Below are positions 26,865 through 33,900 of a stretch of DNA of 64,000 nucleotides, piece after piece (position 1 is the stretch's first letter; each line of letters begins with the position of its first letter). The notes beneath the pieces were generated by a model. The model saw only the letters and a program-made list of their open reading frames with translations, was not told where the DNA came from and searched no databases. The stretch comes from an uncultured bacterium. Its GTDB lineage: Bacteria; Patescibacteriota; Minisyncoccia; UBA6257; GWB1-50-10. The position numbers and the translations under genes were made by a program. The stretch covers positions 378,252-442,251 of the forward strand of contig OY970216.1 in the NCBI GenBank assembly GCA_963713955.1, in the 5' to 3' direction.

Positions 26865-27596
26865 ATGGAGGTAACAATCCCCGATTTTATTTCAAAAGAG
26901 ATAACCAAAATCAGAAGAGCCGAAGCCATATTGCTTACTGGATCACGAGTATTGGGAAAAGCTGGGGAAAACGCCGACTGGGACTTTTTTATTATTCTTA
27001 AGAACGGAACGCCGCGATGGCGTAAGACCTGGAAGGTGAAAAACACTTGGATAGAAATATTTTGCAATGATAAAAAGCAAATACTGAAAGAGTTTAGGGA
27101 GGATTTGGAAGAGGGCAAGGGCGTAACAACCTATATGTTTGCAACGGGTATTGTTATATCTGACCACAAGAATGTCTTGCATAATCTTGTTCGAATAGCG
27201 AAAAAGAATTGGGAGAGGGGACCAAATAAGTTAAAGCTTATAAAGAAGACATGGATTGATCTTGATATAAGCACATACCTGCAAGATATTGAGGACTGTA
27301 TCTATGATGATAATCCCGCTCATCTTATTTTCAATCATGCCGCGAACGAATTCGTAAATTATGACTACCGCCTGAGAAATATATGGATGCCACGACCTAA
27401 AGATAGACTTGAGGATATGAAAAAAAGATCTCCTGCAATTTATAAATTAATTCAGGAAATAAATTCCACCCAGAATTGGAAACTGAAAGCTAGAAAAGTA
27501 ATAGAATTGGGAGAATTGATTGGATCTCGGAATAACCTAAAACTCACAGGAGAAGCATATATACCCGCAAAAAAGTTGGCAATACGCAGGAAGTAA
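26865..27596 (+). CDS. pol-beta-superfamily nucleotidyltransferase (aminoglycoside/KNTase-like architecture)
   Basis: LTGSRVLGKAGENADWDFFIIL is the GS-x9-13-DxD NTase motif. A ~150-aa helical C-terminal half follows. Confidence 0.55.
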   Translation: MEVTIPDFISKEITKIRRAEAILLTGSRVLGKAGENADWDFFIILKNGTPRWRKTWKVKNTWIEIFCNDKKQILKEFREDLEEGKGVTTYMFATGIVISDHKNVLHNLVRIAKKNWERGPNKLKLIKKTWIDLDISTYLQDIEDCIYDDNPAHLIFNHAANEFVNYDYRLRNIWMPRPKDRLEDMKKRSPAIYKLIQEINSTQNWKLKARKVIELGELIGSRNNLKLTGEAYIPAKKLAIRRK

Positions 27597-27636
27597 TTCC
27601 TACCAGCACGATGTTCAATAGTTTAAAGTGTTAGCC

Positions 27637-27664
27637 AAAATCGTTCGAACATCGTCCACTACTG
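27637..27664 (+). repeat. conserved module copy b (5' part; interrupted by IS1595)
   Basis: AAAATCGTTCGAACATCGTCCACTACTG. The 3' part (CCGTGCACTACAAATTGACA) resumes at 28511-28530, after the IS. Confidence 0.8.
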
Positions 27665-28520
27665 TGCAGGGTATCCCTAGTCAATTGGCGCAAAGGTTAA
27701 CGACTTTTTGAGGTAGTTCCTGGGGTTTTGAAACAATTCCGGTGAGGAAAATCTGACGGAAAATTCCCTCACGTAGTCAGGCATCTTCTCCGCGGTCACG
27801 TGATGGTACATTCTCCTCACGAATGTCCTGAAGTTCCCGAACATCCCCTCGATCTCGGAGGTCTTCCCGAACTCCCATTTAGCATGGATGTCCCGTTCGT
27901 GTCTCACTGGCCACCATCTCTCGATGCCCCGGTATATGGCTGCCCCATCGGTATGGAGCCTCGCCCTCGGCTTCACGTACTCCATGAGGAACCGAACCGC
28001 TTCTGCTCGGTCAACCGACTTCTCGGGCAAAACCACGTACGCGACCTTTCTCGAGCGCTCCTCTTTCCCCATGATGAGTGACCAGCCCTTGCCGTATGCC
28101 TCATCGAGCTGCACGATCCGTGAGAGAATATCATGGTTTTGAGGCAGGTGTTCCCGGAAGCGGTCGTACCAGCGACGGATGGCCATCTCGGAAAGCCCCG
28201 AGAGGTTCATGGCTTGAACAACGGGTATCTTTTCGCACCACGCCCAGAGGATGAGCCACCACGTCTCAAGCGGGAGCTTCAGATCGCTTAACCAGGTGTA
28301 TGAGAGGAGGGTGAACCTTCTCCGACATCGGGGGCACCAGTACCGATCCTTCTCCTTCCAGACATCCCGGTACCGACAGCGGGGACAGTACACATTCTTG
28401 CCAAAGAGCGTTCTCCGGAGAAACTTCCTGATCTGGGCTTCCGACGGTATTTGATTCAATTGGTACATATCCTTCATGGTATGCGATATGCGCCAACATG
28501 ATTAGAGTACCCGTGCACTA
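27663..28520 (-). mobile_element. IS1595-family insertion sequence (~860 bp) inserted into a copy of the conserved 45-bp module
   Basis: Imperfect terminal IRs TGTGCAGGGTATCCCTAGTCAAT (left) and ATGATTAGAGTACCCGTGCAC (right, reverse complement). GTGCA is repeated at both junctions. Confidence 0.65.
27677..28477 (-). CDS. IS1595-family (ISXO2-like) DDE transposase
   Basis: N-terminal CPRC...CPRC zinc ribbon and an HTDGAAIY DDE segment. 266 aa. Confidence 0.8.
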   Translation of the reverse strand: MKDMYQLNQIPSEAQIRKFLRRTLFGKNVYCPRCRYRDVWKEKDRYWCPRCRRRFTLLSYTWLSDLKLPLETWWLILWAWCEKIPVVQAMNLSGLSEMAIRRWYDRFREHLPQNHDILSRIVQLDEAYGKGWSLIMGKEERSRKVAYVVLPEKSVDRAEAVRFLMEYVKPRARLHTDGAAIYRGIERWWPVRHERDIHAKWEFGKTSEIEGMFGNFRTFVRRMYHHVTAEKMPDYVREFSVRFSSPELFQNPRNYLKKSLTFAPID

Positions 28521-28530
28521 CAAATTGACA
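28511..28530 (+). repeat. 3' part of interrupted module copy b, carrying the TTGACA -35
   Basis: GTGCACTACAAATTGACA, compared with the consensus GTGCACTAAAATTGACA. Confidence 0.65.
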
Positions 28531-28598
28531 AAAAACATAGAAGTGTGTTATTGTGCTTTTGATTAAAACAGTTCATTCACTTATAAATAGGAGCTATC

Positions 28599-28949
28599 AT
28601 GAACCTCTTTCTTAGCGTCAGTCTTGTTGCGATACTCATTGGATTCGTTTGTGAATACTGGTATTCACACAGAAAGCTTGCATGGCGTATCTGGACTCCG
28701 ATTACCTTCAGTGTAGTAACTCTCCTTGCAGGGTTGACCTCTGTGGTATGTATGACCCTGGGAGTACTTACCAATACCGAATGGAATGCTGTCTCCGGAG
28801 CCGTTATCGTGATTTCCCAAATGAACTTTATGTGGTTTATTTTTATCACGATTTCAACAACGCTTCTCCTTTCCTTTGCGATACTTTCCATGTCAGATGT
28901 GTGGCTCTGGAAAATCAAACATAGGGTTACCAGACGACTACCAATATGA
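28599..28949 (+). CDS. small integral membrane protein (cassette cargo)
   Basis: 116 aa with 3-4 TMs, preceded by a TTGACA -35 that belongs to the interrupted module. Confidence 0.35.
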   Translation: MNLFLSVSLVAILIGFVCEYWYSHRKLAWRIWTPITFSVVTLLAGLTSVVCMTLGVLTNTEWNAVSGAVIVISQMNFMWFIFITISTTLLLSFAILSMSDVWLWKIKHRVTRRLPI

Positions 28950-29096
28950 GATATACGAATCCCTCGACAACTCGTAAACTATCCACTCCGTTAGATAGGC
29001 AATCCACTAACGGAGTTTCCCTTTATAATACAATATATTTCGAAACTTCTATTCCTATACCAAAGTTGATAGACTCATTTTTCGGAAATCTGTCCT

Positions 29097-29124
29097 AAAA
29101 TCGTTCGAACATCGTCCACTCCTG
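29097..29124 (+). repeat. conserved module copy c (exact 28-mer) plus hairpin
   Basis: AAAATCGTTCGAACATCGTCCACTCCTG, then a CGCTGCGCAGTGTGG stem and an extended -10 TGATATAAT at 29152-29160. Confidence 0.85.
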
Positions 29125-29202
29125 CGCTGCGCAGTGTGGGCAAAGAAAAAATGATATAATTCTTGAAAGGCCGATGTGCTTAATTAATCTCATTATAAAA
29201 AC

Positions 29203-29355
29203 ATGGTAAGAGGAAACTTCATTGGCGCGGCGATTGTCGCAATAATCTACACGGTCTATATTTTATGGAATCCGCTTCCACGAACCACAGAAATAATATT
29301 ATTAGTGGTTCTTAATGCTTTAACTATCGTATTGATGGCTTTTGCATTCAGATAA
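29203..29355 (+). CDS. small membrane protein (50 aa), cassette cargo
   Basis: MVRGNFIGAAIVAIIYTVYILWNPLPRTTEIILLVVLNALTIVLMAFAFR. Preceded by module copy c and an extended -10. It is below the ORF-track length cutoff. Confidence 0.3.
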   Translation: MVRGNFIGAAIVAIIYTVYILWNPLPRTTEIILLVVLNALTIVLMAFAFR

Positions 29356-29408
29356 AAAGTTGAATCTCTCAGAGAATCGAGCTGCCGGTTTTAAGCGCGG
29401 CTCAAACA

Positions 29409-29427
29409 CCGTCCACTCCTGTACACC
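29409..29427 (+). repeat. partial (3' half) copy d of conserved module
   Basis: CCGTCCACTCCTGTACACC with the 5' half replaced. It lies just upstream of IS3 copy 1. Confidence 0.6.
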
Positions 29428-29583
29428 AACTTGCCTAAAACTGCACATTTACCTCACTTACCAGAGGGGATTTTTTGTGCTATGATATCGTCAAACATCA
29501 TGAAGAAGTTGGCCTTGTTTGATATTGACTGTTCCGGATAGGAAAATTTAGACACAAAGGTCGGAACAAATTACCATTGTGTC

Positions 29584-29847
29584 ATGGCTAACAAAAAAGG
29601 ATATCGGGTAGCGAAAGAGGTAAAAGCGGAGATTGTCCGCCGCGTGAAGGAAGAAGGCGTCTCCGTCGCAGAAGCGGCAAAAGATGCAGGCGTCCACGAG
29701 ACAACCGTGTATGGATGGCTCGGCGCCGGTGCCACGAGCGCTCCCTCCTGGGGAGAAATCAATCGCCTAAAGAAACAGAATCAGGAACTCTTCGAAGTGA
29801 TCGGTGAACTCACGATCAAGCTGTCCCAGACCCAAAAAAAGAATTGA
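29584..29847 (+). CDS. IS3 transposase OrfA (HTH)
   Basis: 87-aa HTH/leucine-zipper OrfA ending at AAAAAAAG. Confidence 0.8.
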   Translation: MANKKGYRVAKEVKAEIVRRVKEEGVSVAEAAKDAGVHETTVYGWLGAGATSAPSWGEINRLKKQNQELFEVIGELTIKLSQTQKKN

Positions 29848-30626
29848 GCAGGGAAAGGAACGTATCCGCCCTGGCTCGCGCCATGGGTGTCTCGCGCTCA
29901 TCGCTCTATTACGTCGCAACGCAGGACAAGAAGGATTGGGCATTAAAGGTCCGGACGGAGGAGGTGCTTCACGAGCATCCCTCATACGGCTCACGCCGAC
30001 TGGCGATTGCGCTCGGCATCGGCAGACCGAGAGCGCAACGGGTCATGCGGATTTACGGCATCAAGCCCTACCGCAGGCATGGGAGAAAATACAGGAAATC
30101 CAAGGCGGAACGGCACTTCCCGAACCTCCTCCTCGGCATTATGCCATCATATGCGAACCATGTCTGGGCGACGGATTTCACGGAGCTTGTCTTTCACGGG
30201 AAGAAGCTGTACGTATCAACGATCCTTAACCTGTTTACGAGGCAACTGATGGGCGTTCATGTGGCGACCCGGAAGGGATCGACGCTCACCATCCAAACTC
30301 TGGCGAACGCGCTCTTCCATTGCCCGCGACCCGTGATCTTCCATTCTGACAACGGGAGGGAATACGAAGCGAAGGCGTTCATCGCTATGCTTGAGCGCTA
30401 CGGCATCACCATCTCCCGCTCACGCCCCGGATCGCCGTGGGAGAACGGATACCAAGAATCTTTCTACGGAAAATTCAAAATGGATCTTGGCGATCCTAAT
30501 CGGTTCAGATCCTTAGGGGAACTTGTGGCGGAGATCTACCGAACGCTTTGGGAGTACAACCATACAAGAATCCACTCCGCTCTCAGGATGCCGCCTTCGG
30601 TGTTTGCAGAGAAGATAGCAGTGTGA
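29844..30626 (+). CDS. IS3 transposase OrfB (DDE integrase core), -1 frame
   Basis: HSDNGREYEAK, WENGYQESFYGKFK and NHTRIHSAL integrase-core motifs. Frame -1 relative to orfA. Confidence 0.8.
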   Translation: MSRERNVSALARAMGVSRSSLYYVATQDKKDWALKVRTEEVLHEHPSYGSRRLAIALGIGRPRAQRVMRIYGIKPYRRHGRKYRKSKAERHFPNLLLGIMPSYANHVWATDFTELVFHGKKLYVSTILNLFTRQLMGVHVATRKGSTLTIQTLANALFHCPRPVIFHSDNGREYEAKAFIAMLERYGITISRSRPGSPWENGYQESFYGKFKMDLGDPNRFRSLGELVAEIYRTLWEYNHTRIHSALRMPPSVFAEKIAV

Positions 30627-30969
30627 GAGAATGAAAAAACGACGAGAAAACTTGTCGAGTGACTGTCTAAAGAAACCTATCCATCACACCGGCCCAATCA
30701 GTACGAAATAAGAAGTATTTCAAGTCCGACAAGATGGGTCACCGCCACTTGTGGTCAAAGACCCAATGGGTTGAGTTTCTAAAAAACTACTATAAGATCA
30801 AAGAAGCAAGAGTGGTTAGAGCGATTCGAAAAGATGACCTGGTTATAGCTCTTACTAAAAAGTAGATATTATTTTAACTAATCGGAATTTGTCCCTTCCG
30901 TCATTTTCTCCCACTGGCCTGACCCCCATATATTAGACACAAAGGTCGAAGTCAATATACCCTTGTGTC

Positions 30970-31227
30970 ATGAAGAAAACATATCGCACTGCTCCCGAGG
31001 TGAAGGAGCAGATATTGAAGAGAATCAAGGAGGAAGGGATCCCGGTCGTCCAGGCCGCCAAGGAACACGGTCTGAATCCCGCCACCATATACAACTGGCT
31101 GGGAAGGGGCGTGAAAGGCACCCCCACGATCGGTGAACTCGTCCGCCTCAAGCGCCAGAACGAAGAGCTCCTCGCCCTCGTGGGCGAGCTCACCCTGGCC
31201 TCCTCACGCACTCAAAAAAAGCGTTGA
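30970..31227 (+). CDS. IS3 transposase OrfA
   Basis: 85 aa, identical to the 61072-61329 product. Confidence 0.8.
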   Translation: MKKTYRTAPEVKEQILKRIKEEGIPVVQAAKEHGLNPATIYNWLGRGVKGTPTIGELVRLKRQNEELLALVGELTLASSRTQKKR

Positions 31228-32033
31228 TCAAAAAGCAGAAGAAGACGAAGTGGGAACTTGCCCGTGAACTCGGCCTCTCCCGCGCCTCCCTCTACTATGT
31301 CTCGAAACAATCGCCCAAGGATTGGTCGCTCAAGGAAAGGATCATATCAGTCTTGAGAGACCATCCTTCATACGGCTTCAGAAGAGTGGCTTTGGAGCTC
31401 AAGATCAACAAAAAAAGAGCCCAACGGGTGATGAGGCTCTTCGGGATGAAGGCATATCGGAGAAGGGGCAGAAGGCCAAGGAAAACGGGCTTCTCGAGTA
31501 TCCTGTATCCCAATCTCCTTCAGAAGAACTTCCCCAAAGGATTGAACGATATCTGGGTGGCGGACTTCACGTACATCCCGTACCAAGGGAAGTTCCTGTA
31601 TCTCGCCACCGTGATGGATTTGTTTGCGAGGGAGATCGTGGGCTGGGCCGTGATGAATACCCACTCGGTGCCTCTGGTCCTCCAGGCACTCTTCTCCGCG
31701 GCGGAACATCATCCGAGACCCAACATCTTCCACTCGGACAACGGAAGGGAGTATGGCTCAAGGATCTTCACCGGAGCTCTTTTGAACCTCGGCGTCAGGA
31801 TATCGAGATCGAGGAAGTCATCGCCATGGGAGAACGGCTACCAGGAGTCCTTCTACTCCCAGTTCAAGGTGGATCTGGGCGATCCGGAGAGGTTCAAATC
31901 GCTGGGAGAGCTGGTCTACGAGATCCATCGCCTGGTCTGGGACTACAACCACCGGAGAATCCACTCCGCCCTCAGGATGCCGCCTGCACTGTTCTCGAAT
32001 CGCTACCAGAAACTTGTCGAAAAAGTGTCTTAA
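31224..32033 (+). CDS. IS3 transposase OrfB (-1 frame)
   Basis: HSDNGREYGSR...WENGYQESFYSQFK...NHRRIHSAL. Identical to the 61326-62135 product. Confidence 0.8.
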   Translation: MIKKQKKTKWELARELGLSRASLYYVSKQSPKDWSLKERIISVLRDHPSYGFRRVALELKINKKRAQRVMRLFGMKAYRRRGRRPRKTGFSSILYPNLLQKNFPKGLNDIWVADFTYIPYQGKFLYLATVMDLFAREIVGWAVMNTHSVPLVLQALFSAAEHHPRPNIFHSDNGREYGSRIFTGALLNLGVRISRSRKSSPWENGYQESFYSQFKVDLGDPERFKSLGELVYEIHRLVWDYNHRRIHSALRMPPALFSNRYQKLVEKVS

Positions 32034-32078
32034 CTTTGGGGGTCTTTACAATCAGATAGAAAAAGAATCCTTAATGCG

Positions 32079-32381
32079 GTGAGAAGAAGTAAATCTAAAA
32101 GGATAATCATTACGCACGGCACTTATACGTTGCCGGACACCGCGAGATATCTGAAAGCAAATCTAAAAAGTTCAAGTAAGATAATCATCTTCGTGTGCTC
32201 GATGATTCCGCTCGTTGGATTTACTCCGACAGATGCGGGATTCAATATTGGCTATGCGATGGCGAAAACACAGGACTTATCAGAAGGGATCTATGTTTGT
32301 ATGAATGGGAGAATCTTCGCTCCGGAAGAAGTAGTAAAGATCCTTTCCGAGGGGAGATTCGGGTCAATATTCACGAAGTAA
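32079..32381 (+). pseudogene. L-asparaginase-like C-terminal fragment, probably truncated by IS3 copy 2
   Basis: IIITHGTYTLPDTARYL...VCMNGRIFAPEEVVK resembles the asparaginase THGTDT and C-terminal segment. The ORF begins 29 bp after the IS right end and has no N-terminal domain. Confidence 0.4.
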
Positions 32382-32421
32382 AACATACTCTTTATTGCTG
32401 TTTACCTTCTGGAGATTAGCT

Positions 32422-32449
32422 AAAATCGTTCGAACATCGTCCACTCCTG
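32422..32449 (+). repeat. conserved module copy e (exact 28-mer)
   Basis: AAAATCGTTCGAACATCGTCCACTCCTG followed by ACAAAATTGACA (-35 at 32456-32461). Confidence 0.85.
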
Positions 32450-32553
32450 ACAAAATTGACAAATGCTAAATAAAGTGCTATTCTTTTAATAGTTCCTGTT
32501 CGTATGAATAGGTCGTCTCGAAAGAGACAAGAGAACCTCATCTCCACCCTTTC

Positions 32554-32898
32554 ATGGAGATGAGAACATTCACAAGAAGTAATAAAATGCCGGAGGTTAG
32601 TATGGCTAAAGAAAAAATTGAAGCCTTGCCTCAAGTGGGACTGACTCCCGCGCAGTTGATTCTGAAGCTGTATGACTATGTAATCCTCAACTGCAAGAAG
32701 CAGAGCACTTCCAAGGTAAATGCTGGGTTAACGCAATTGATTGCAGCATTAAATTTCGATTACAGGGAAGTTGCTCTTGGACTCTTCCGCTTATACAGAT
32801 ATTGTCAGGACAAGTCGAGGAAAGGTGATTTTAAAGAGGTAGAGAGCATCATAGGTGAGCTCCGCGCTACATGGGCGGAAGCATTCAAGTTATCTTAG
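32554..32898 (+). CDS. FliS-like four-helix protein (flagellar export chaperone family resemblance)
   Basis: LTPAQLILKLYDYVILNCKK...NFDYREVALGLFRLYRYCQDKSRKGDFKEV...LRATWAEAF follows the FliS pattern. The likely start is 32608 (MAKEK). Confidence 0.4.
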   Translation: MEMRTFTRSNKMPEVSMAKEKIEALPQVGLTPAQLILKLYDYVILNCKKQSTSKVNAGLTQLIAALNFDYREVALGLFRLYRYCQDKSRKGDFKEVESIIGELRATWAEAFKLS

Positions 32899-32990
32899 GA
32901 GACAGAGGAAGCAATGTTTCTTGTCTCTATTCTTGGGGGTGGGTCCTACGACTTGCTCCCTCGATTTTTTATAGCTACCCAGAGCTGTTC

Positions 32991-33013
32991 AAAAATCGTT
33001 CACTACTGGGCAC
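32991..33013 (+). repeat. module copy f with internal 11-bp deletion
   Basis: AAAAATCGTT-CACTACTGGGCAC: lacks CGAACATCGTC, exactly between the ATCGTTC/ATCGTCC direct repeats. Followed by TAAAATTGACT. Confidence 0.7.
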
Positions 33014-33018
33014 TAAAA

Positions 33019-33047
33019 TTGACTAGCAACTGGATGTGATTCATAAT
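33019..33047 (+). promoter_or_regulatory. sigma70-like promoter TTGACT-N17-CATAAT driven from module copy f
   Basis: Consensus-like -35 and -10 with 17-bp spacing, 85 bp upstream of the ORF at 33133. Confidence 0.5.
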
Positions 33048-33132
33048 ACTAGCCTGAAGTAGTACTGGGTTTTTATTTCAATTTAGATAAACAACTCATT
33101 TCACAAAACCATAAGGAAAGGAGAATAACGAG

Positions 33133-33546
33133 ATGGGTATAGCATTAACTTTACTCCTGCCTTCAAAGCGTTACAGCAGTAGAGTGTTGAAGCAGCCAGA
33201 TGTTTACTGCCCCGACCGCTTGGAGATGACAAAGGACAACGGAATCTTCGGCCAGTTGATAAAAATATCACACCCGCGGAATGACGGTTCAGGCATTCCC
33301 CTAAAACCCAGCATAAAGTCCCACCCTCTACCCAGTAAGCTGAGGGTTGCCTACTTAACCGAGGATGAAGATGGCGGTCTTCTTTCCACCAGGAAGGATG
33401 GATACCACGAGCCAATGAGGTTTGTGTATGCCAAAGATTTTGCACTTCTCGAGATGCCAGGCAACGCGAGTGATGTCAACAAAGCCATTGTTGCATTCAC
33501 TAAAGCAATGCCCCCCGATACACCACTCTTCTTGTTCTGGCATTAG
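33133..33546 (+). CDS. hypothetical protein (cassette cargo)
   Basis: 137-aa ORF downstream of the module copy f promoter (TTGACT-N17-CATAAT). Confidence 0.3.
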   Translation: MGIALTLLLPSKRYSSRVLKQPDVYCPDRLEMTKDNGIFGQLIKISHPRNDGSGIPLKPSIKSHPLPSKLRVAYLTEDEDGGLLSTRKDGYHEPMRFVYAKDFALLEMPGNASDVNKAIVAFTKAMPPDTPLFLFWH

Positions 33547-33624
33547 TGATGCACAGGCACATGTTCTTATTTCCAGATTTTTGTACAATACCCGTCACAA
33601 GTCCAATGTGGCGGGCCTTTCTTT

Positions 33625-33652
33625 CAAAACCGTTCGAACATCGTCCACTGTG
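33625..33652 (+). repeat. conserved module copy g (terminal copy of island 1)
   Basis: CAAAACCGTTCGAACATCGTCCACTGTG. Confidence 0.75.
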
Positions 33653-33718
33653 GCAGTTTTCTTTCATCTTTACACGAACAAGAATCACTTGTCTTTTGAG
33701 CGAGTTGTTCGAGGCTGT

Positions 33719-33857
33719 TAAAAAATCCCCGAGCGATGAGGAAGGAATGAGCACAATAGCGAATGTTTGAATCCCGCTGGTTTCATTAATGAAACCAAGG
33801 TTGAGTTCGCTATTGTGCGACTTTATTTCGATGAAGAGCGAGGAGGATTTTAGCAAC
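33719..33857 (-). repeat. palindromic intergenic repeat, copy R2 (inverted relative to R1)
   Basis: Reverse complement of the GCTCATTCCTTCCTCATCGCTCGGGGATTTT block. Inner stem GCACAATAGCG...CGCTATTGTGC with a GGTTTCATTAATGAAACC insert shared with copy R6. Confidence 0.8.
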
Positions 33858-33900
33858 CGAGAATTGCAGCGAAGAAGATAAGTGGTTCTTGTTCTTGCTC

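Larger units (their letters stand above)
29530..30690 (+). mobile_element. IS3-family insertion sequence, copy 1 (divergent from copies 2/3); ends approximate
   Basis: orfA/orfB pair with an A7G slippery site at 29834-29841. The left sub-terminal TTAGACACAAAGGTCG is shared with copies 2/3. Confidence 0.6.
30915..32050 (+). mobile_element. IS3-family insertion sequence, copy 2 (1136 bp), identical to copy 3
   Basis: IRs TGGCCTGACCCCCA... and ...TGGGGGTCTTTACA. A7G slippery site at 31214-31221. 100% identical to 61017-62152. Confidence 0.8.

Noticed and set aside
26755-33652. Regular-looking 28-bp repeats - considered whether they form a CRISPR array
   Set aside because: Spacing is irregular (250-3000 bp) and the intervening DNA encodes proteins. 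No cas genes. The repeats are not separated by short unique spacers.
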